Assembly: GCA_964632945.1 (NCBI GenBank)
Contig: CAZWCX010000028.1
Location: 711 to 64,710, forward strand
Direction: 5' to 3'
Source of the DNA: an uncultured Planctomycetia bacterium
Lineage (GTDB): Bacteria; Planctomycetota; MHYJ01; WSZJ01; CAZWCX01
DNA: 64,000 nt
Below, one piece after another: positions 38,686 through 49,026 of this stretch. The position numbers and the translations under genes are program-made. Each line of letters starts with the position of its first letter. The stretch's first letter is position 1. The notes under the pieces were generated by a model. It was not told where the DNA came from, did no database searches, and saw nothing but the letters and a program-made list of their open reading frames with translations.

Positions 38686-40912
38686 TCAATCCGGGTTCGA
38701 TTCCCGCGCTTCGTGATCCCGGAGGGCCCTCCAGATGCGCTCCGGCGTCATCGGGATTTCGCGCACTCGCACCCCGATGGCGTTCGCGACCGCGTTGGCC
38801 AGTGCCGGTGCGACGGGAACGATGGGCGGTTCGCCGACTCCCTTTGCGCCGAAGGGGCCGTGCGGGTCCAGGGTCTCCACGATCACCGGCTCGATCACGG
38901 GCATGTCCTGCGGGCCGGGCATGCGATAGTCGAGGAAGTTCGGATTGGCCATGGCTCCGCCATCGAGGCGGACCTCCTCGAGCAGGGCGTAGCCGATGCC
39001 CTGCAGCACGCCGCCCTCGATCTGGGCCTCGACCTGCATCGGGTTGATCGCCCGGCCGACGTCGTGCGCGGCGATCACGCGGAGGATTCGGATTCGTCCG
39101 GTTTCGACGTCCACCTCCACTTCGATCCCGTGCGCGCCGAAGACATAGGCGGCGGAGACGTTTCCCTTGTTGCCCTCGTCGACCATCGCATTGGGCGGAT
39201 CGTAGAAGGCCTGGCCGAGCACCATGGTGCCGCGGTCGCGGAAGTGGACCGAGCGGACGATCTTGTCCACCGGGGAGTCGGCGGGGAGCGCGAGCGCCCG
39301 GCGGGCCTCGTCGAGTTGGCGCAGCGCGTCGAGCGCGGCCAGGCGCACGGCGTTGCCCGCGATGAAGGTGGTGCGGGAGGCGTGCACGCCGACATCCCAC
39401 GGCCGGACGTCGGTCGAGGCGGTCGTCACCACCACGCGGTCGAGGGCCACCCCAAGGGTCTCGGCGGCCATTTGGGCCACGACCGTCTCCATCCCCTGGC
39501 CGATGTCGGTGCCGCCCACGATCACGGTCACCTTGCCGAAGTCGTCGATCTTGACCATGGCCCCGCAGCCGTCGGAACGATAGATGCGGGCGCCGCCCCC
39601 GACATGGAACACTCCCGCAATGCCCACCCCGCGTTTGAGGTGGGGCGCGGACGGGGTTCCGGGCGGACCCAGGCGTGTACGCACCGCCTCCAGGCATTCC
39701 TTCATCCCGCACGAGGTGATGTGCGAGCCCTGCGGCGTGGTTTCCCCGGGTTCGTTCGCGTTGCGCAAGCGGATTTCGAACGGGTCGATCCCGAGCCGGT
39801 CGGCCAGTTCGTCCATCTGCGATTCCATCGCGAAGACGATCTCCGGATTGCCGAATCCGCGGAACGCCCCGGTCGGCGCCGTGTTCGTGTAGACGCAGCG
39901 GGCGCGGTACGAAACGTTCGGGCAGCGATAAAAAGAGCCGAACGTGTGCATCATCACGACGGGGGTCATGGCGCCCCAGGAGACATACGCGCCGCAATCG
40001 ACGAGGACGTCCGCCTCGCGGGCCAGCAGCGTCCCGTCGCGGGACACGCCGGTGCGCATGCGCACGATCGTGCGCGGGCGCACCGGATCGGCGGCGAAAT
40101 CCTCCTCGCGGTCGAAGGCGATGCGTACCGGTCGGCCGGCCTTGCGCGCGAGCAGGGCGGCGATCACCTGGTGCGGGTAGAGGTCCAGGCGCGCCCCGAA
40201 TCCGCCGCCGATGGCGGGTTGCCGCACCTCGACCTTGGCCGCGGAGATCCCCAGCGCCGCGGCCAGGTCCTTTTGCAGCAGGAAGGGGATCTGGGTCGGG
40301 TCATGCAGGATCAGCCGGCCCTGAAGGTCCCATTCCGCGATCACGCCGGTCGGTCCGAGGCAGCCGTGCGCCTGGGCCGGCAGCCGAAACGTGCCTTCGA
40401 CGATTTCGGCCGCGTCGGCGAATGCCCATGCCGCGGATCCGTGCGAGTAGTCGTGCGACTTGACCAGGTTGGACGCGCCCGCCTCATGCACGCGGGGCGC
40501 GTCGGGCGCCAGGGCCGCCTCGATCTCGAACACGGCGGGGAGCGGTTCGTATTCGACACGGATGAGGTCGAGGGCCTCGAGGGCCGTGTCGGCGTCGACT
40601 GCGGCGACGGCGGCCACCTCGTCGCCCACGCGCCGCACCCGGTTCGGCTTGAGCGCCAGCGTGTCTCTGGCGTAGCCGAAGGGGTGAGGCGGCGCCTCGG
40701 CGCCGGTCATCACCGCCACCACGCCGGGGAGGGTAAGGGCCCGGCTGACGTCGATCGAGCGCACCACGCCGTTGGCGATCGGGCTGCGCAGGATCCGGCC
40801 CTCCAGCATCCCCGGGAGCCGCAGGTCGGTGACGAAGCGCGTCCGTCCGGTCGCCTTGTCCGCCGCATCGAGCTTGGGGATCCGTTTGCCGATCCAGCTC
40901 ATTGTGCCGCTC
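38686..40912 (-). CDS. xanthine dehydrogenase/aldehyde oxidase family molybdopterin-binding large subunit
   Basis: Internal Met MSWIGKRIPKLDAADKATG (a/b hammerhead) followed by the Mo-cofactor binding domains. Overlaps the FeS subunit gene by 14 nt. Confidence 0.85.
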
Positions 40913-41324
40913 CTTCCCGCGCCGCGCGAACCGCCGCCAGAATCTTCGCATAGCCCGTGCAGCGGCACAGGTTGCCTTCCAGTCGTTCCGCCCCCTTCGC
41001 GGCCATGATCATTCCCGGGGTGCAAAAGCCGCACTGGATCGCGCCGTGCTCGATGAAGGCGCGCTGCAGCGGGTCGAGGACGCCCCCCTTCGCGAGTCCC
41101 TCGATCGTGACCACCTCCGCACCCTCGGCATCCGGAGCGAGCACCAGGCAGGACGCCACCGGCTTGCCGTTCAGAAGCACCGTACACGCCCCGCACTCGC
41201 CGACCGAACACCCTTCGCGGGCGCCGGCCAGGTCGAGCGACCCGCGCAGGAGGTCGAGCAGGGTGCGGTGGGGCTCGACGTCGAGCTTCACCGGGAGCCC
41301 ATTGACCGTCAGGCCGATCTTCAT
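40899..41324 (-). CDS. (2Fe-2S)-binding small subunit of XDH-family enzyme
   Basis: 141 aa with the plant-type (CSVGECGACTVL) and second (CGFCTPG...CRCTGY) 2Fe-2S motifs. Confidence 0.85.
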   Translation of the reverse strand: MKIGLTVNGLPVKLDVEPHRTLLDLLRGSLDLAGAREGCSVGECGACTVLLNGKPVASCLVLAPDAEGAEVVTIEGLAKGGVLDPLQRAFIEHGAIQCGFCTPGMIMAAKGAERLEGNLCRCTGYAKILAAVRAAREGAAQ

Positions 41325-42100
41325 GCGCGGACCCTTTCCAAGGCGCGTCGGACGAGCACGGGGACGAGCGCCCGGCGGTACTCCGCGGAGGCGCGCACGT
41401 CATCGATCGGCCGCGCCAGCAGGGCGGCCTCCTCGGGAGAAGGGGGGACCAGGATCGGCGTCGGCGCGACGGCCCCGAGCGCGACGCGCGGCGTCCGGTC
41501 CGAAACGAAACAGGCGACGCTCACGAGAGCGAGGTCCATCGCGTTGCGGGGCGAGAATTTCAGGTAGGTGCCGCGCCCGCGCTGGACAGGCACGTCGATG
41601 CGCGTGAGGATCTCGTCGAGGGCCAGGGCGCTCTTGCCCACCCCGCGGAAGAACTCGGCGATCGGCAGGGTCCGTTCCCCGCGCGGGCAGGCGATCGTCA
41701 ATTCCGCCTCCAGGCACAGCAGCGGCGGGGCGAGATCGGCCGCCGGCGAGGCGTTCGCGAGATTGCCGCCGACGGTCGCCAAGTTGCGCACTTGAGGGGA
41801 CGCCATCTGCAGCGCGGCTTCGACGAGGAGTGGATGCCGCCGCTGGATCACGGGAGACCGCGCAAGGTCTTCGAGGGTGGTCAGCGCCCCGATCGACGTG
41901 ACCCCCGGCGCTTCGTGAATCCCGTGCAGCGCCGTGATTCGCTTCAGGTTGATCACGCGCACTCCGTCCGGTCGCATGCGCTTCAGACGCACGAGCAGAT
42001 CGGTGCCCCCCGCCAGCAGCCGGTTCGGCCCGACCCCTCCGGACAGGAGGGACAGGGCATCCTCCAGGCGGGAGGGAGCGTGGTAGTCGAACGGTTTCAT
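41321..42100 (-). CDS. FAD-binding subunit of XDH-family enzyme (CoxM/XdhB-like)
   Basis: 259 aa FAD-binding PCMH-type domain (AGGTDLLVRLK). Confidence 0.8.
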   Translation of the reverse strand: MKPFDYHAPSRLEDALSLLSGGVGPNRLLAGGTDLLVRLKRMRPDGVRVINLKRITALHGIHEAPGVTSIGALTTLEDLARSPVIQRRHPLLVEAALQMASPQVRNLATVGGNLANASPAADLAPPLLCLEAELTIACPRGERTLPIAEFFRGVGKSALALDEILTRIDVPVQRGRGTYLKFSPRNAMDLALVSVACFVSDRTPRVALGAVAPTPILVPPSPEEAALLARPIDDVRASAEYRRALVPVLVRRALERVRA

Positions 42101-42618
42101 GCCAGAGACTCTCCCGAGAGGAAGGCCTTGCGATTGCGCTCGAACGCCTCCGGGCTGGAGGTGCGGCGCAATGCTTCGAGGAGGGCGTCCGCGCCGGGAA
42201 ACAGCTCCGGAGCGCGCCGGCGGGCGAAGCCGAGCAGGACGAGGTTGCTGCCGCGCGGGAAGCCGAGGCGGGCGGCCGCGGCGTCGGCGTCACAGACGGC
42301 ACGATCGGAGGCCTCGGTCCGGCCGTTGACGAACAGCAGGCCGTCGGGGGACAAGAACGCCTGCGCGGCCGGTCGCCGGCTCGCGTCGAGGGCGATCGCC
42401 GCATCCGCCCGCCCGATCCGCACCAGTGGGCTGTCGTGGTCGCCGAGCTTGACGTGCGAGTAGACCGCCCCGCCGCGCTGTGCCATGCCATGGGTCTCGG
42501 AGGTCAGGACCTCGCGCCCCTCCAGGATGGCGGCCTCGCCGAGGATCCGGGTGAGGAACAGGACGCCCTGGCCGCCCAGGCCGCAGAGGACGAGACACGC
42601 GCGGCGGTCCCTCATGGC
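42097..42618 (-). CDS. iorB: indolepyruvate:ferredoxin oxidoreductase beta subunit
   Basis: Internal Met MRDRRACLVLCGLGGQGVLFLTRILGEAA...SETHGMAQRGGAV. Confidence 0.7.
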   Translation of the reverse strand, partial: AMRDRRACLVLCGLGGQGVLFLTRILGEAAILEGREVLTSETHGMAQRGGAVYSHVKLGDHDSPLVRIGRADAAIALDASRRPAAQAFLSPDGLLFVNGRTEASDRAVCDADAAAARLGFPRGSNLVLLGFARRRAPELFPGADALLEALRRTSSPEAFERNRKAFLSGESLA

Positions 42619-44408
42619 CGTTCTCCCCCCGTCGGGCGGGCCAGGATCGCTCCCGGCGGGCAGACATCGATGCAGTTGCCGCAGTCGTTGCAGCGGAACC
42701 GGTCGATGCGCACCTTTCCGGTGGCTGTGTCCTTCACGAGGGCAGGGCAGCCGCAATACTTGAGGCAAATGTCGCAGCCGGTGCACTCCTCGGGCTCGAC
42801 CGTGACCCGGCCCTTCGACTCGGGCGGCACGCAGAGGGCGCAGGCCCGTCGGGCGATCACCAGGGCCATGCCGCCGTCGGCGCCGCGGGTGAACTCATGG
42901 GCGCGTCGCAGGAGGGCGATCAGATCGTCGGTGCGGAAGGGGTCGATCGCTTCGACGAAGCGGACGCCGAGGGCGCGGGCGATACCCTCGATCGCGGCCC
43001 CCGCGACCGCGGGCGTCGGCTGGAAGCCGGTCATCGCCACCGTCCCGTTATCCATCACCAGGACGACGAAGCGCGCGCCCGAGGTGACGGCGTTGAGCAA
43101 TCCGGGGATCCCCGAGTGGAAGAAGGTCGAGTCGCCGATGATCGCCACCACCGGGCGGTCCGACCCGTCGCGCCGATGGGCGTGCCAGAATCCATTGGCG
43201 AGGGTGATCGACGCGCCCATGTCGAGGCAGGTGTCGAGCGCCCCCTGGTTGACGCCGAGCGTGTAGCAGCCGATGTCGCCGGAGTAGATCGCGCGCGGCA
43301 GGGCGAGGCGCAAGGCGTAGAAGGCCGAGCGATGGCCGCAGCCCGGGCAGAGCGTCGGCGCGGGTCCCGGGGGCAGCGACGGCGCGTCGAGTGCGGGCGA
43401 CGACCTTCCGTCCCGCACGATCGAAGCGATCGTCTCCGGGGTGAGTTCGCCGTGCGCCGGGACGTGGCCGGTGAGCCGCCCGAGCACCTTGCGGCGATCG
43501 GGGATCTGCATCTCGATGGCGTAGTCCGGTTCTTCGAGGACGAGCACCCGTTCGTGCCTCTCGACGAAACGCATCACCCGCCCGAGCGGAAGCGGGAAGG
43601 GGGTGCCGATCTTCAACAGGGGGAGGGATCGCCCTTCGTCGCGCAGGAGATCGCGCACCACGGCCCAGGCCATCCCGCCGGCGATGATTCCGAGGGGGCC
43701 GATACCGGCGTCCTCGCGAACGAACGGCGACTCCTCGAACTCGCGTCGAATGGCCTCGAGCTTGGCGTTCAGCTCCTTGTGCAACTGGAGACGGAATCGC
43801 GGGGTGGCGGCCCAGCGGGACGGGTCCTTGACGAACTTTGCCGGGCGCGTTTCGGGATTCAGCGGTCGGATCGGCACCGGTTGGCGTGCGTGGCATACTG
43901 CGGTGGTGGGTCGGAGGAGCACCGGAACGCGGTGGCGTTCGGACAGGTCGAAGGCCGCGGCGACCATGTCCCGCGCCTCGCGCGGGGACGAGGGATCGAG
44001 GACCGGCACCTTGGCGAAGAGGGTGAACAGCCGCGAGTCCTGCTCGGTCTGAGAGGATTGCGGTCCCGGATCGTCGCACGAGACCACGACGAACCCGCCG
44101 ACGACGCCGGTGTAGGCCGCGGACAGCAGAGAATCGCTGGCGACGTTGAGTCCGACCTGTTTCATGGCGACGGCGGAGCGTTTGCCGCACAGGGAGGCGG
44201 CGAGCGCCACGTCGAAGGCCACCTTCTCGTTGATCGACCACTCGGTCGTGATCGAGACCCCCGCGTCCCGGGCCTGGGCGATCGTCTCTTCGAGGATTTC
44301 GGTACTCGGAGTGCCCGGGTAGGCGGTGGCGATTTCGCAGCCGGACTCCAGCAGGCCGCGCGCGATCGCTCCGTTGCCGAGGAGGAGCGGGGAGTTCGTG
44401 GTCAGCAT
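42612..44408 (-). CDS. iorA: indolepyruvate:ferredoxin oxidoreductase alpha subunit
   Basis: Internal Met MLTTNSPLLLGNGAIARGLLESG, a TPP-binding region and C-terminal 2x[4Fe-4S] (CTGCDICLKYCGC...CNDCGNCIDVCP). Confidence 0.8.
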   Translation of the reverse strand: MLTTNSPLLLGNGAIARGLLESGCEIATAYPGTPSTEILEETIAQARDAGVSITTEWSINEKVAFDVALAASLCGKRSAVAMKQVGLNVASDSLLSAAYTGVVGGFVVVSCDDPGPQSSQTEQDSRLFTLFAKVPVLDPSSPREARDMVAAAFDLSERHRVPVLLRPTTAVCHARQPVPIRPLNPETRPAKFVKDPSRWAATPRFRLQLHKELNAKLEAIRREFEESPFVREDAGIGPLGIIAGGMAWAVVRDLLRDEGRSLPLLKIGTPFPLPLGRVMRFVERHERVLVLEEPDYAIEMQIPDRRKVLGRLTGHVPAHGELTPETIASIVRDGRSSPALDAPSLPPGPAPTLCPGCGHRSAFYALRLALPRAIYSGDIGCYTLGVNQGALDTCLDMGASITLANGFWHAHRRDGSDRPVVAIIGDSTFFHSGIPGLLNAVTSGARFVVLVMDNGTVAMTGFQPTPAVAGAAIEGIARALGVRFVEAIDPFRTDDLIALLRRAHEFTRGADGGMALVIARRACALCVPPESKGRVTVEPEECTGCDICLKYCGCPALVKDTATGKVRIDRFRCNDCGNCIDVCPPGAILARPTGGERP

Positions 44409-44520
44409 GGCCGGACCTCCGGGCACGGGAGGGCCGTCGCGCGGGCGCGTCGCCTGCGCGGGGCGTGCAGGCGCATGGAACGGGGATGGAACGAACCGGC
44501 GGGGGCCGGCGCGGACGGGT

Positions 44521-45027
44521 TCACGGCCGTGCAACCTCGAATCGACAGCGGGGGGCGCCGCAGGCCGCGCATTCGGTCTCGCGGGACGCCAGTCCGGGAG
44601 CCAGTACCCCTGCAGCGACACCCGCCAGGACGCCCCGGATGAAGTGGCAGACCGGCGCGTCCGACCGTCCGTACGCCTCCGCGAACGGGGAGGAGCGGAC
44701 CTCCACGACCATGCGGCTCTGGGCACGGTCGAACTCGACCAGGTCGAAACGGCCCCAGCCGATCTGACCGCCCATGCGGCACAGGAAGCGCGCGGTCTCC
44801 TCGTCCGAGTGGCCGAAGGCGTCCTGGTACCGGCGCGCGGATGCCGATCCGCCGGCGAATCCGCCGGCATGCAGGAACTCGGCCGCGGGTTCCCCCAACG
44901 CGCCCTCCACCCCCTTCTGGAAGGCGGCGAGCGTCTCGGGACGGATCAGGAGATAACGCACGCCCTGGAACGCGAGTCTTCCCTCGTCGGCATCCCAGGA
45001 GAGAGTTTCGAGCACCCGATTCTCCAC
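44521..45027 (-). CDS. V4R (4-vinyl reductase) domain protein
   Basis: 168 aa with V4R-like features. Confidence 0.55.
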   Translation of the reverse strand: MENRVLETLSWDADEGRLAFQGVRYLLIRPETLAAFQKGVEGALGEPAAEFLHAGGFAGGSASARRYQDAFGHSDEETARFLCRMGGQIGWGRFDLVEFDRAQSRMVVEVRSSPFAEAYGRSDAPVCHFIRGVLAGVAAGVLAPGLASRETECAACGAPRCRFEVARP

Positions 45028-45105
45028 GTCACCCTGTCTCCCAAGCGGGATGTCGATGGCTCCCCGGTTGCGGCTTTCGCGCGGCGGTCCCGGACTCCGC
45101 CGCGT

Positions 45106-46839
45106 CTATGTCTGCGACCGTCGCGCGCGCTCGGCGCGAGTTGCGGTCTCGTCCACCCTGCCGGCGGCGTCAAGCACCACTCCGTAGTCGCGCAGGGCCG
45201 CAGCGGCCGCCACCTTCCCGTCCAAGACGTCGGCGGCGACGAGGGCGGGATCGCGCTGCAGCGGGTCCCCATAGCCGCCGGCCCCCGGCATGCGCAGGCT
45301 CACAACGTCGTCGCGACGCAGCTGGTCGAGTCCCTTCGACTTCAACGGCTTTTCCCCGGGCGTGCCCGGATTGAGCACGAAGCGCCCCCGGCCCCCCTCC
45401 TTGCCGCCGAAGAGGCCGAACGGACCGAATCGCTGCCGGTCCCCGTAGCGCGCGAACGAGGCTTCGTCGACCAGCACGCGGATGTCGCGGCGCACGCCGA
45501 GTGCGCCGCGAAAGCGCCCCGCGCCGCCGCTATCCGGCACCAGTTCGTAGCGCTCGATCCGCACCGGGTATTCGAGTTCCACCGCTTCGACCGGGGTATT
45601 CTTGAACCGGGCGAGATGCGAGTCCTGGCCGTCGCGACCGTCCTTGTCCGGGCGCGCCCCCGCGCCGCCGCCCTGGATGTCGATGAAGACGAAGCGCCGG
45701 CCCGTACCCGGATGGATCCCGCTGATGCCGCAGTTGGTGATCTGCCCGTGGCTGCCCGCCATGACCCTCGCCGGCACGGCGGCGGACAGGGCCTTGAGCA
45801 TGGCCTCGGTGATCTTCTGCGAGGTATTCGTGCGCGCGCCCACCGCCCCGGGCGGCAGCGGATTGACGATCAAGCCCGGCCGGGCGTCGACGGTGAAGGG
45901 GCGGTAGCAACCCGAGTTCGGCGGCACGTGCGGGTCGACGACCGCAATCAGGGCGTAGTAGACCGCCGCATGCACCGTGGCGAGGGGACAATTGATGTTG
46001 CCGCGGACCTGGCGCGCGGTGCCCTCGAAATCGATCGTTGCGCGGTCGCCGCGCTTGTGGATGTTGACCACGAGTCGGATCGGGTCTTCGGTCACGCCGT
46101 CGTCGTCAATCCAGTCTTCCCCGGTGTAATCGCCGTCCGGCAGCGCCTTGAGTCCCTCCCGGATGCGCTTTTCGGAAGTGTCCAGCAGCAGCGCGAGACA
46201 GCCGTCGACGGTTTCGCGTCCGTGCTTGGCGAAGATCCCGGCCGCCCGGCGAGCGCCGACGAAATTGGCCGAGGCCTGGGCGCGGATGTCGCCGAGAGTC
46301 TTATCGGGCACGCGGATGTTGTTGGCCAGGATGCCGAACAGTTCGGGATCCTCCTCGCCCTTTTTCCACAGCTTGACGAACGGGAGACGCAGTCCCTCGA
46401 GGTAGATCTCGGTCAGGCCGCCCGCCGTTCCCCCGGGGGCGGCGCCGCCGAGGTCGGTGTGGTGGGCGATGGAGCCGACAAATCCCACAAGCTCGCCGTC
46501 GTGGAACACGGGGGAGAAGGCGACCAGGTCCATCACGTGCTGGCCGCCCCGATAGGGGTCGTTGAAGACGATGACGTCCCCCTCGTGGATCGGTTCGTTT
46601 CGAAATCGCTCGACCAGCGAGCGCATGGGAATCTCGAACCCGGTGAGGAGCATCGGGGCGTGGTGGGCCTGCGCCACCGTGTTGCCGTGGCGGTCGAAGA
46701 CCGCACAGGTCATGTCCTCGATTTCCTTGATGACCGTCGATCGGGCGGTGCGCACGAGGGTGCGCCCCATCTCGTCGGCGACCTGCTCCATCGCGTATCG
46801 GAGCACCTGCATGGTGATCGGATCGACCTGGGCGGGCAT
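45106..46839 (-). CDS. hyuB: hydantoinase B/oxoprolinase family protein
   Basis: 577 aa matching the HyuB family from the N-terminus (MPAQVDPITMQVLRYAMEQVADEMG...). Confidence 0.85.
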   Translation of the reverse strand: MPAQVDPITMQVLRYAMEQVADEMGRTLVRTARSTVIKEIEDMTCAVFDRHGNTVAQAHHAPMLLTGFEIPMRSLVERFRNEPIHEGDVIVFNDPYRGGQHVMDLVAFSPVFHDGELVGFVGSIAHHTDLGGAAPGGTAGGLTEIYLEGLRLPFVKLWKKGEEDPELFGILANNIRVPDKTLGDIRAQASANFVGARRAAGIFAKHGRETVDGCLALLLDTSEKRIREGLKALPDGDYTGEDWIDDDGVTEDPIRLVVNIHKRGDRATIDFEGTARQVRGNINCPLATVHAAVYYALIAVVDPHVPPNSGCYRPFTVDARPGLIVNPLPPGAVGARTNTSQKITEAMLKALSAAVPARVMAGSHGQITNCGISGIHPGTGRRFVFIDIQGGGAGARPDKDGRDGQDSHLARFKNTPVEAVELEYPVRIERYELVPDSGGAGRFRGALGVRRDIRVLVDEASFARYGDRQRFGPFGLFGGKEGGRGRFVLNPGTPGEKPLKSKGLDQLRRDDVVSLRMPGAGGYGDPLQRDPALVAADVLDGKVAAAAALRDYGVVLDAAGRVDETATRAERARRSQT

Positions 46840-46852
46840 CGGGCTCCTCCGG

Positions 46853-48907
46853 CTACTCGAGGGTGATGATCAGGTTGCCGTACTCGTCCACTTCCGCACG
46901 GGCACGCGGAGTGATCACGGTGGATGAGGCCGGCTCCTCGACGATGGACGGACCCGCGAAGGCGTGTCCGGGCGCCAGTCGGGCGCGATCGAAGACCGGG
47001 CAGGGGACGGTGCCGGCACCGGCGAACCACACCGGCCGAGTCGCCTTTCGCGCGACGTCCGGGTCGGGGGCGCCGCGGGGTCGCCGTGGGAGGGCGAGCG
47101 GGCGCGTTCGGCCGACCGCGACCATCCGCACGTTGATGAACTCGACGAGTTCATCCACCGCGGAGAACTCGTAGATCTGCCGGTGGAGCTCGTGGAAACG
47201 CGCGATCGTTGCGGCCACGTCAGCGGCCGTGAGCGGCCGGCGTTCCGTCACCGGCACGGGGATTTCGTAGCTCTGCCCCTGGTAGCGCATGTCCGCGGAC
47301 CCGTGAAGCTCCAGCCTGTCGGGCGGTTCGCGTTCCGCGGCCAACCGCGCGCGTCCTTGCGCTTCGAGCTCGTCGAGCGCCTCGCTGAGAATCCCGGGCG
47401 TGACGTCGCGCTCCGAGAGCGCCAGTGTGCGAACGAAGTCGTGCCGCGTATCCGATGCGACCGCGCCCAATGCGGAGAGGGTCGACGGGAAGGTGGGCAC
47501 GATCACCCGCTTCATCCCCAGTTGGTCCGCGATTTCCACCGCGTGCAACGGTCCGGCGCCGCCGAACGCGAGCATGGCGAACTCGCGCACGTCGTTTCCG
47601 CGCTCGATGACGCGGACGCTGATCCCCTTGACCATGTTGGCGGTGACGATACGCAGGATCCCCCAGGCGGCATCCTCGACCGGAATCTTCAACGGCCGGG
47701 CCACGCGTTGTTCGATCGCGCGGACGGCGCGCCCGGGATCCAGGCGGATCTCCCCGCCGAGGAAGTAGTCGGGGTTGATTCGTCCCAGCACGACGTTGGC
47801 GTCGGTGACCGTCGGGTGTTCGCCGCCGCGGCCGTAGCAGGCCGGACCGGGCTCCGCGCCGGCGCTCTGCGGGCCGACGTTGAGGGCGCCGCCGGGATCG
47901 ATCCAGGCAATGCTGCCCCCGCCCGCGCCGATCCCATCGACATCCACCATCGGGATCTTGACCGGGTATCCCTCGAGCATCCCGTCCGAGCAGACCCGGG
48001 GTCGCCCGTGTTCGACCAGACCGATGTCGAAGCTCGTTCCTCCCATGTCCACGCCGATCACGTGGAGGTGGCCCGCCAGGCGGCCCATCATCGAGTTGGC
48101 CACCGCACCGCCCGCGGGCCCCGAATTCACGATGCGGATCGCGTGGGTGCGAGCGACATCGAGGGGCATCATTCCGCCGCTCGCCTGCATCAGACGCAGG
48201 TCCACGCCGTCGTACGCCTCGCGCAGTCGCGCGGACAGGCTGTCGAGGTACCGCTGCACGATCGGTTGCAGGTACGCGTTGAGCACGGTTGTGGAGGAGC
48301 GCTCGAACTCCCGGAATTCCGGGGCGATCTCCGACGAGATCGAGACGAAGGCGTCCGGGTAGATCTCGCGGCAGAGTTCCCGGGTGCGGCGTTCGTGCGC
48401 CGGATTGAGAAACGAGAAGAGGTAGCAAACGGCGATCGCCTCCACTCCCTCGTCGCGGAGGAAGCGGGCGGCGGAGCGCACCCCGTCTTCGTCGAGCGGC
48501 GTCACCACGCTGCCGTCCGCGCCGATCCGCTCGCGGACCTCGAGACGCAGGCGGCGGCGGACCAGGGGCTGCGGCAGATCGACCGACATGTCGTAGAGGC
48601 CGCCGTCCGGGCGTTCGATTCGGCCGATGTCGAGGACGTCACGGAACCCGTCGGTGGTGATGAGTCCGACGCGGGCGCCCTTCCGCTCGATCAGGGCGTT
48701 GGTCCCGATGGTGGTGCCGTGCACGATGGTGGTGAGGGCGTCCGCCGGCGCCTGCGCGGCGGCCAACACTTTCCGGATCCCGGACATCACCGCCTGCGCG
48801 GGGTCCCTCGGAGTCGAGAAAGTCTTCGCCCAGTGGATTCGCCCCCCGGCCTCATCGACCAGCACCAGGTCCGTGAACGTCCCGCCGACGTCGATCCCGA
48901 GACGCAT
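46853..48907 (-). CDS. hyuA: hydantoinase A/oxoprolinase family protein
   Basis: Internal Met MRLGIDVGGTFTDLVLVDEAG. The 1270-aa ORF in the track is an artefact of a stop-free upstream frame. Confidence 0.85.
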   Translation of the reverse strand: MRLGIDVGGTFTDLVLVDEAGGRIHWAKTFSTPRDPAQAVMSGIRKVLAAAQAPADALTTIVHGTTIGTNALIERKGARVGLITTDGFRDVLDIGRIERPDGGLYDMSVDLPQPLVRRRLRLEVRERIGADGSVVTPLDEDGVRSAARFLRDEGVEAIAVCYLFSFLNPAHERRTRELCREIYPDAFVSISSEIAPEFREFERSSTTVLNAYLQPIVQRYLDSLSARLREAYDGVDLRLMQASGGMMPLDVARTHAIRIVNSGPAGGAVANSMMGRLAGHLHVIGVDMGGTSFDIGLVEHGRPRVCSDGMLEGYPVKIPMVDVDGIGAGGGSIAWIDPGGALNVGPQSAGAEPGPACYGRGGEHPTVTDANVVLGRINPDYFLGGEIRLDPGRAVRAIEQRVARPLKIPVEDAAWGILRIVTANMVKGISVRVIERGNDVREFAMLAFGGAGPLHAVEIADQLGMKRVIVPTFPSTLSALGAVASDTRHDFVRTLALSERDVTPGILSEALDELEAQGRARLAAEREPPDRLELHGSADMRYQGQSYEIPVPVTERRPLTAADVAATIARFHELHRQIYEFSAVDELVEFINVRMVAVGRTRPLALPRRPRGAPDPDVARKATRPVWFAGAGTVPCPVFDRARLAPGHAFAGPSIVEEPASSTVITPRARAEVDEYGNLIITLE

Positions 48908-49026
48908 GGGATGGACTCCCTTCTGGGAAACGGAACCGACCCCGGACGGCCACGCGAGCTCTCGCGCCGGCCGAGCGCGCCAGGAGGATCCGTTCCGCCG
49001 CGGCGAAAAGGTCCCCCTCGCACGGT